Shown here: positions 57,854 to 64,000 of the stretch, one piece after another | Numbering within the stretch: the first letter of the stretch is position 1 | Layout of the letters: every line of letters begins with the position of its first letter | Source: a virus | Lineage: Duplodnaviria > Caudoviricetes | Direction: 5' to 3' (one strand) | DNA length: 64,000 nucleotides | Virus record (IMG/VR): IMGVR_UViG_3300035676_000001 | Translations under genes and position numbers: made by a program | The notes under the pieces: generated by a model | Database searches by the model: none | What the model was told of the DNA's origin: nothing | Seen by the model: the letters and a program-made list of their open reading frames with translations, nothing else

Positions 57854-58525
57854 TCAGTGAAAAATACGACCCCAACCATCATTGCCACCTGGGCACCAAC
57901 GATGCTTAAGCATTGCTTTTGTATAAATGGTCTTCTTACCATTCGTTACTGGACCAGTGTAGTTATCATTGCATGAACCATAAGGATCATTGCAATAGTA
58001 ACCTTTACCATCTGGAGTCTTACCGATGACTACAACCATGTGCCCGCCAGTAGGTGCAGATAGAGGACCACGGTGCAGGATACCAATAACGACAGGCTTC
58101 CCAGCATCAAGACTCTTATCAATATCAGAGAAAGAAAGATTGTAGCTAAAGTGTGACTTAACTCCATACCCTTCAAGAACACGAGTCTGTACCGCATGGT
58201 CAGTCGTGTCGCCAATCGCAAATACTTTCTTAACATACTCATCGTCGCCTTTAATTGAACCTGGCTTAAGGAAAGCAAGACACATGGCGCAAGATGAACT
58301 GTTGCAAGTTCTATGTGCGTCTCTATAATTATCTACTTGATTAAAATATGGAACATTTAGAACTGATGGTGTAGGGGGTTTCGTTCTAAAAATTCCTACC
58401 CAATCTGATTCAGAATCATCCAAGTATTGAGCAGGCAGATTGTCTTCTAACCACTGAACTGCTGCTACATGATTCTGATTATTTTCATCATAAAACTTAA
58501 AAAAGTTATGAAGATCTAAGGTCAT
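57854..58525 (-). CDS. C39-like peptidase
   Basis: CNSSSCAM...GHMVVVIG...NDPYG triad. Confidence 0.8.
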   Translation of the reverse strand: MTLDLHNFFKFYDENNQNHVAAVQWLEDNLPAQYLDDSESDWVGIFRTKPPTPSVLNVPYFNQVDNYRDAHRTCNSSSCAMCLAFLKPGSIKGDDEYVKKVFAIGDTTDHAVQTRVLEGYGVKSHFSYNLSFSDIDKSLDAGKPVVIGILHRGPLSAPTGGHMVVVIGKTPDGKGYYCNDPYGSCNDNYTGPVTNGKKTIYTKAMLKHRWCPGGNDGWGRIFH

Positions 58526-58706
58526 TTTCTTCTCCTATGAATTCTAATGAAAAAACATCATGCTCTGGAATTTCTGGATCCATCCATTCACGAAATTCGG
58601 ACTGAATCGCTTGAGCATTTTCATAATTCTTTTCTTCACAAAGAGAATGAATTCGATCAACTGCCCAGTCATGTGATTGGCGAAGAGTCTTTTCCAAAGT
58701 TTCCAT
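58506..58706 (-). CDS. Conserved cyanophage hypothetical protein
   Basis: Track ORF. Confidence 0.6.
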   Translation of the reverse strand: METLEKTLRQSHDWAVDRIHSLCEEKNYENAQAIQSEFREWMDPEIPEHDVFSLEFIGEENDLRSS

Positions 58707-59118
58707 AATCTTTTCGCATATAGCGTCCTAGAATATTGCTATTATAGTACGCTGGCGAACCATCGTCAAGAGACTCAATCAACACATTATTTAGGAAAAG
58801 CTGTTTGGTTTCTTCGTAATTACACTGTCCTTTTGTTCGATGGAGGCTAAGTATCGTTCTGTTGCAGGATGCTTTGCCCCAAATGTGAATATCGGATTTG
58901 AGTTCAGGGCAGGATCCATAATACTTTTTCCAATCAGACTCTGATTTAACTTTTCTAGATTTGCCCTTTGGTGTGCGGAAACTCCAGAAATATTTTCTAC
59001 CAATATATGAACGACCAGTTGCAGTGCAGTGGATATGATAAACGAAACCAAAATAATCTTGGATGTCGTCTGATTCAAAAACCTTTGAATTATACAACCA
59101 AGGATTCTCATAACTCAT
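58669..59118 (-). CDS. GIY-YIG family nuclease (Seg-like)
   Basis: FGFVYHI...SYIGRKYF...DWKKYYGS...YYNSNI. Confidence 0.8.
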   Translation of the reverse strand: MSYENPWLYNSKVFESDDIQDYFGFVYHIHCTATGRSYIGRKYFWSFRTPKGKSRKVKSESDWKKYYGSCPELKSDIHIWGKASCNRTILSLHRTKGQCNYEETKQLFLNNVLIESLDDGSPAYYNSNILGRYMRKDYGNFGKDSSPIT

Positions 59119-59167
59119 ATTAAGTAATCTTATGAGCTATTATTTATCCTTCAACCTTAGCAAAGCG

Positions 59168-59206
59168 ATTCTAGCAATAAAAAAGCACCCCGTCAAGAGG
59201 TGCTTT
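59168..59206 (-). promoter_or_regulatory. Terminator fused with sigma70 promoter
   Basis: AAGCACC/GGTGCTT + T-run with TTGACG-17-TAGAAT. Confidence 0.75.
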
Positions 59207-59225
59207 AAGTTATGTTAGAATTGAA

Positions 59226-60482
59226 TCACTTAGTTGCAGGTTTTGGTGCTGGAGCTGGAGCTGGTTTACCCTTCATAAATCCTTGAATTTTGGAAGGAAG
59301 TTCATCAACGAACTTATAAACACTTGGGGGGACATTTGGTGCAGAACCGCCACCACGAGGTTCAGCTGCCTCAGAAACGATGTCCTGAATGACTTCTGCA
59401 TCCATCTCCATCATTACATAAAGTGCCTCTTCTACGGTCTCTACATGCCCCTGTGAGAGGAGATACTCAAGAACTAGGTCATAGGCATCATACTCTTCTT
59501 TCTTGACTTTTGATGCTTGAACTCCAGCTTTAACTGCTGATAATTCTTGTTTTGGTTTTGATTCTCCTGATACTTTTGCTGCCTCTCTTGCTGCTTGTGC
59601 TGCTTTGAGTTCAGCAGAAGTTGCTGCTCTTCTTTCAAACTTAACTCCACCTACAGAACCTACAGCATAACCTGCAGGAGATTTTTCAATCTTTGGTTGT
59701 GGAGATGTTTTTACTGCTGGTGATAAAGATGGGCGAGTAGGAGCAGACGTAACAGGAGGTTTTTGTACAGGAGGTTTTTGTACAGGAGATCTATAAAACT
59801 CAGGATCTTTACCGGGTGGAGTTGCTGCAATTTGTCTATTCATAGCAGCAACGTCTTTATTCAATTGCTTATCAGTTTTAAGTTGCGATGGACCTCTTTT
59901 CTCTTTATATCTTTTAAGAAGTTCTGGATCTGTCGAAGGTTTCCAAGTACTTGGTTTTCCAGGTTCTTGAGTTCCAAGATCTCCTCCCTTTGGAGCAGCA
60001 ATTCTTGTATTAGTAGGTTTACTTTTTGATTTATATCCCTTTATCGCTTTTGCATTAATTGCATCTTTTTCTTGTTGACTAAGAAAAGGACCCCACCCCT
60101 CCACTTTAAGACCTCCAGTAGGTCCTACTTTTAGTTTTTCTGGTTTATGTTGCTTCACTGCAGCTGGTTTTTCTGGTTCTTGAGGTTTTGTTGTTCTACC
60201 TTTACCCCCAGAACCTAGTAACTTTTCTGCGCTTTTTCCAATTTTTTCTAAATCTACTGCACCATCAGTAGCAGCTCTAACTACTCCAGATGCTGCTTGA
60301 CCAGCATAGTCAGATGCGGATTTAAGTGGTGCTGAGATATACTTAGATACATTACGATCCGTCCATCTAGAAAATTGTTTAGCACCTTTCTCCCATTCTT
60401 TTGATACATCACTTTGCTCATTTAAAATAGATTTATACAATTCATCTATCTTGTTAATATCCTTACTGGAAAAATCTGTCAT
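59226..60482 (-). CDS. Low-complexity late protein with conserved cyanophage C-terminal domain
   Basis: Lys/Pro-rich body, EEYDAYDLVLEYLLSQGHVETVEEALYVM domain. Confidence 0.7.
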   Translation of the reverse strand: MTDFSSKDINKIDELYKSILNEQSDVSKEWEKGAKQFSRWTDRNVSKYISAPLKSASDYAGQAASGVVRAATDGAVDLEKIGKSAEKLLGSGGKGRTTKPQEPEKPAAVKQHKPEKLKVGPTGGLKVEGWGPFLSQQEKDAINAKAIKGYKSKSKPTNTRIAAPKGGDLGTQEPGKPSTWKPSTDPELLKRYKEKRGPSQLKTDKQLNKDVAAMNRQIAATPPGKDPEFYRSPVQKPPVQKPPVTSAPTRPSLSPAVKTSPQPKIEKSPAGYAVGSVGGVKFERRAATSAELKAAQAAREAAKVSGESKPKQELSAVKAGVQASKVKKEEYDAYDLVLEYLLSQGHVETVEEALYVMMEMDAEVIQDIVSEAAEPRGGGSAPNVPPSVYKFVDELPSKIQGFMKGKPAPAPAPKPATK

Positions 60483-60539
60483 TTTTTCAAAACGTTTGCC
60501 TTATATTTTTATTTATAAAAAAAGAGGGTCAAAAGACCC

Positions 60540-60701
60540 TCACTTCACATCATCATTCTTCTTACCTAACCACTCCTTCTCATAATCATAATCACCGAAT
60601 AGGTATTCATCTGATTCTGCAGCATCTTTGTATGCGTTCAGGATTTCCTGTTCGCACCATTCATCATAATTGGAATCCTGTGAAAGAATCTTTGGTAACA
60701 T
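60540..60701 (-). CDS. Small acidic hypothetical protein
   Basis: Hand translation MLPKILSQDSNYDEWCEQEILNAY... Confidence 0.5.
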   Translation of the reverse strand: MLPKILSQDSNYDEWCEQEILNAYKDAAESDEYLFGDYDYEKEWLGKKNDDVK

Positions 60702-61848
60702 CTTGCTTAATTCCTCCTACGATGTAACTTTCAACTTCTGTTTCCTGTGGAGCAACTTGAAGTCCCTTAGAGGAAATCCAATGTTCAGTCCAAGGCAATG
60801 GGTTGTTCTTTGCTGGAATATCATAAAGTGGGCGAAGTCCGATTGCCTTCATTCTACGGTTCGCAATCCATTCGACATACTGTTGTAACAATTTGTCGTT
60901 AAGACCAATCATTGAACCATCCTTAAACAGATACTCTGCCCAAAGTTTTTCCTGATTCACAGCGTTCTCAAAGGTCTTATAAACCCACTGTTCTTCTTCC
61001 TGTGAGATTTTCTTCATATCAGGGTCATCACCTTCCTTCCACTTATTCAGGATGTTCTGAGTGATAACCAGGTGCTGATTCTCATCTCTAGCAATCAGTG
61101 AGATGATTTTTGCACTTCCTTCCATAAGTTTGAGTTCGCCAAATGCAAAACTGCAAGCGAAACTGACGTAAAAGCGAATACCTTCAAGAATATTAACGTT
61201 TGCAATTGCTCTGAAAAGTTTGCGTTTGAGTTCATACCTTTCTGCCTGGGCGTAGGGAACTTGTTCTTGGGCGTGTTTCCAAAGTTCAGAAGTCCCATAA
61301 TGCTGAGCACTATTGATGAAGTCATTATATGCCTCAGTCACACTGACGGCACGTTCTAAAATACGGTCATCTCTGAGAATTGTATCAAAGACCTCAGAAG
61401 GGTCTGGATAAACATTTTTGATGATATAGGTGTAAGAACGGGAGTGAATCATTTCCATAAACTCCCAAACCTTCATACAAGCTTCCAGTTCAGGAAGCGA
61501 ACAGTATGGAGCGAAAGCCATTCCAGGACCACGACCCTGAACAGAATCAAGCATCACCTGATACTTCAAGTTGGAAGTAAAAATATGCTTTTGCTCAGGA
61601 CGAAGAGACTGATAATCTCCCCTATCTTTTTGAAGGGAGACTTCTTCTGGTCTCCAGAAATATCCCAATTGTTGTGTTGTGAGTTTATCAAAGATTGGAT
61701 ACTTATAAGAATCATATCTCTGAATTCCAAGAGGTTGCCCAAAAAACATTGGTTGTTTCTTAGTATCAACCTCTTCAGAATTGAAAACGGTCATCTGATT
61801 AATCACTCTCACATCCTCTAAACCTGTTTTAAATCTTACAAGACTCAC
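60664..61848 (-). CDS. nrdB: Ribonucleotide reductase class Ia beta subunit
   Basis: FWRPEEV, DSVQG, EMIHSRSY, LEGIRFY, RDENQH diiron motifs. Confidence 0.96.
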   Translation of the reverse strand: MSLVRFKTGLEDVRVINQMTVFNSEEVDTKKQPMFFGQPLGIQRYDSYKYPIFDKLTTQQLGYFWRPEEVSLQKDRGDYQSLRPEQKHIFTSNLKYQVMLDSVQGRGPGMAFAPYCSLPELEACMKVWEFMEMIHSRSYTYIIKNVYPDPSEVFDTILRDDRILERAVSVTEAYNDFINSAQHYGTSELWKHAQEQVPYAQAERYELKRKLFRAIANVNILEGIRFYVSFACSFAFGELKLMEGSAKIISLIARDENQHLVITQNILNKWKEGDDPDMKKISQEEEQWVYKTFENAVNQEKLWAEYLFKDGSMIGLNDKLLQQYVEWIANRRMKAIGLRPLYDIPAKNNPLPWTEHWISSKGLQVAPQETEVESYIVGGIKQDVTKDSFTGFQL

Positions 61849-64000
61849 AATCTTCCTCCTCTGAATCTAGAATATCGGAAATTAAATTTTCAAGAGACTG
61901 TTTGGTTTCTTCAACCTCGTCAGTCTTATGATCATAAGTATTTTGATAGTAGCTGGTTTTCCAACCGTACTTATATGTAGTCAAAAGGTCCTGCGCCATT
62001 ACTGAAGTAGGAACTTCATTATCGGGATAATTTTCTGGATTATATGACCAGTTTCCAGAAATCGCTTGATCAAAGAACTTCTGCATAACAGCAACAATAT
62101 TAATATACCCACGATTGCTAGGCATATCCCACAGAAGCGTATAATTGTTCTTAAGTGTTTGATACTGAGGAACAATCTGCTTGAGAGGTCCTTTCTTGGA
62201 CTTCTTAACGGACAAGTATCCGCGAGGTGGTTCGATTCCATTGGTTGCATTTGACACAACGGAACTGCTCTCCGATGGCATCTGTGCAGACAATGTTGAG
62301 TTCCGTACCCCGTACTGCTTGACCTGTGCTCTAAGACCTTCCCAATCATACTTCAGATTATTTGGAACGATTTCATCAACATCTTTCTTGTAAGTATCTA
62401 TGGGGAGAATACCATTACCATACTTGGTTCTATTAGAGTATTCACAAGCACCCTTTTCTTTAGCAAGATCGACAGTTGCCTGAATCAGATAATACTGGAA
62501 TGCTTCTGTCAGGTCGTGAACCAGTTTCCAAGAACCAGGATCGTCATAGTGCTCCCCGTGCTTGGCGAGATAGTGAGCAAGACCAATATAACCTACCCCA
62601 ATCGAACGACGCGCTCTGGTGGCGATTTCTGCTGCTTTAACGGGGTATCCCTGAAAATCAATGAGTTCGTCAAGAGACCTAACAGCAAGATCACAAAGAA
62701 CCTCAAGGTCCTCATTATCCCGAATCTTTCCAACATTAATAGCAGAAAGTATGCATAGAGCAATCTCACCATTTGGATCATCAATATGTTGAATGGGTTT
62801 GGTGGGTAGAGTAATTTCTTGACATAGATTACTCATCTCAACTTTATCCATAAAGGATGAGTGAGAGTTGCAGTGGTCAATGTTCATAATGTAAACACGA
62901 CCAGTTTCTGCGCGTTCTTTCAGGAGGTCCAAAAAGAGTTCTTGAGCTCCGATAGTCTTTCTTGGAATAGACTCATCTCGTTCATAACGAACATACAACT
63001 CGTCAAAAGCATCAGTTCCAAAAGCATCATACAGACCAGGAACTGCGTGTGGAGAGAAGAGTGAAACTTCTTCGTTCTTGATGAATCGTTCATAGAACAG
63101 TTTAGAGATTTGGATACTGTAGTCTAACTTACGAACACGGTTATCTTCGGTTCCTTTATTATTTTTCAATACCAAGATATCTTCTATTTCTTGGTGCCAG
63201 ATGGGGAAGTGGACAGTTGCTGATCCACCTCTGATGCCATTTTGAGTGCAGCATCGGACAGTTGCTTCAAACTTTTTGAGGAAAGGGACAACACCTGTGT
63301 GCTGAACTTCTCCGCCTCTGATTTTAGCGTTGATGCCACGGATTCGACCTGCGTTGATACCGATTCCCGCCCTTTGTGCAACATATTTGCCGATAGCCAT
63401 ATCAGAACTAAAGATGCTATCGAGGGTGTCATCAACATCAACAAGAACACAGCTAGCATATTGTCGAAGTGGAGTTCTAACCCCCGCCATGATAGGTGTG
63501 GGAATGTTGATTTTGTGTTTGGAGATTGCATCGTAGTACTTCCTAACGTAGTCTAAACGTGTTTCTTTAGGATACTTGGAAAAGATTGTCGCCGCAATCA
63601 AAAGGTACATAAACTGTGGCGTTTCATAAAGTGCCCCAGTGCTTCTATCTTGCACAAGGTACTTATCAACGACTTGACGTAGACCTGCATAAGTAAACAG
63701 ATAGTCACGACTATGATCAATAAACGACTGAAGTTTATCAAATTCTTCTGCTGTATAAAGATCCAAAATTTCTGGATCGTAAACACCTCTACCAACACAA
63801 CGCTCAACATGTTGAAGAACAGTTGGGCATTCGTGCATACGACCAAACAACTGCTTACGAAGAGCAAACAGAAGCAGACGAGCAGCAACGAACTGATAAT
63901 TGGGATGCTCAAGATCAATTAGGTCGCTAGCAGAACGAATCAGAATCTCCTGAATCTCTGCAGTTGTGATACCATCATAAAATTGAATACCAGATTGCAT
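61829..64000 (-). CDS. nrdA: Ribonucleotide reductase class Ia alpha subunit (5' truncated)
   Basis: ASCVL, MSNLCQEI, QMPSESSS, C-terminal CESCKI. Confidence 0.97.
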   Translation of the reverse strand: MQSGIQFYDGITTAEIQEILIRSASDLIDLEHPNYQFVAARLLLFALRKQLFGRMHECPTVLQHVERCVGRGVYDPEILDLYTAEEFDKLQSFIDHSRDYLFTYAGLRQVVDKYLVQDRSTGALYETPQFMYLLIAATIFSKYPKETRLDYVRKYYDAISKHKINIPTPIMAGVRTPLRQYASCVLVDVDDTLDSIFSSDMAIGKYVAQRAGIGINAGRIRGINAKIRGGEVQHTGVVPFLKKFEATVRCCTQNGIRGGSATVHFPIWHQEIEDILVLKNNKGTEDNRVRKLDYSIQISKLFYERFIKNEEVSLFSPHAVPGLYDAFGTDAFDELYVRYERDESIPRKTIGAQELFLDLLKERAETGRVYIMNIDHCNSHSSFMDKVEMSNLCQEITLPTKPIQHIDDPNGEIALCILSAINVGKIRDNEDLEVLCDLAVRSLDELIDFQGYPVKAAEIATRARRSIGVGYIGLAHYLAKHGEHYDDPGSWKLVHDLTEAFQYYLIQATVDLAKEKGACEYSNRTKYGNGILPIDTYKKDVDEIVPNNLKYDWEGLRAQVKQYGVRNSTLSAQMPSESSSVVSNATNGIEPPRGYLSVKKSKKGPLKQIVPQYQTLKNNYTLLWDMPSNRGYINIVAVMQKFFDQAISGNWSYNPENYPDNEVPTSVMAQDLLTTYKYGWKTSYYQNTYDHKTDEVEETKQSLENLISDILDSEEEDCESCKI

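Noticed and set aside
60664-64000. Introns or inteins in nrdA/nrdB
   Set aside because: Both frames are uninterrupted, with expected motif spacing in the visible part.

Overview
64-kb segment of a T4-like cyanomyovirus (Kyanoviridae-type) genome, almost entirely on the minus strand. Identity rests on psbA/psbD, two hli genes, pstS, a cyanobacterial-type porin, class Ia nrdAB and TATAAATA-type late promoters. Layout: (1) 1-23.6 kb, tail-fibre/virion module with three glycine-rich proteins, each accompanied by a small partner protein and/or 2OG-Fe(II) oxygenases, plus a sulfotransferase-like gene; (2) 23.6-29.1 kb, HNH, psbD, an EndoVII-type free-standing endonuclease, intron-less psbA, peroxiredoxin and hli genes; (3) 29.2-41.4 kb, a 13-gene glycosylation island (GT25, GT11 x2, GT10-like, GT2, NodZ-like, HAD, NTase-kinase, SIS isomerase, fcl, gmd) under a manA-like RNA; (4) 41.4-50 kb, small genes, eight tRNAs, a fibre moron, Dps, HNH, pstS and porin; (5) 50-59 kb, secreted/envelope and lysis genes; (6) nrdB and partial nrdA. 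Most notable unexplained signals: two promoter-driven structured RNAs leading tRNA clusters (one with a canonical K-turn, one H-type pseudoknot); synonymous recoding of psbA at the likely endonuclease target; hairpin/late-promoter control of four nuclease genes; fused terminator-promoter elements; and a possible fibre hydroxylation/glycosylation system with a candidate NDP-arabinose route. All family assignments are by motif recognition and folding by eye. No searches were run.
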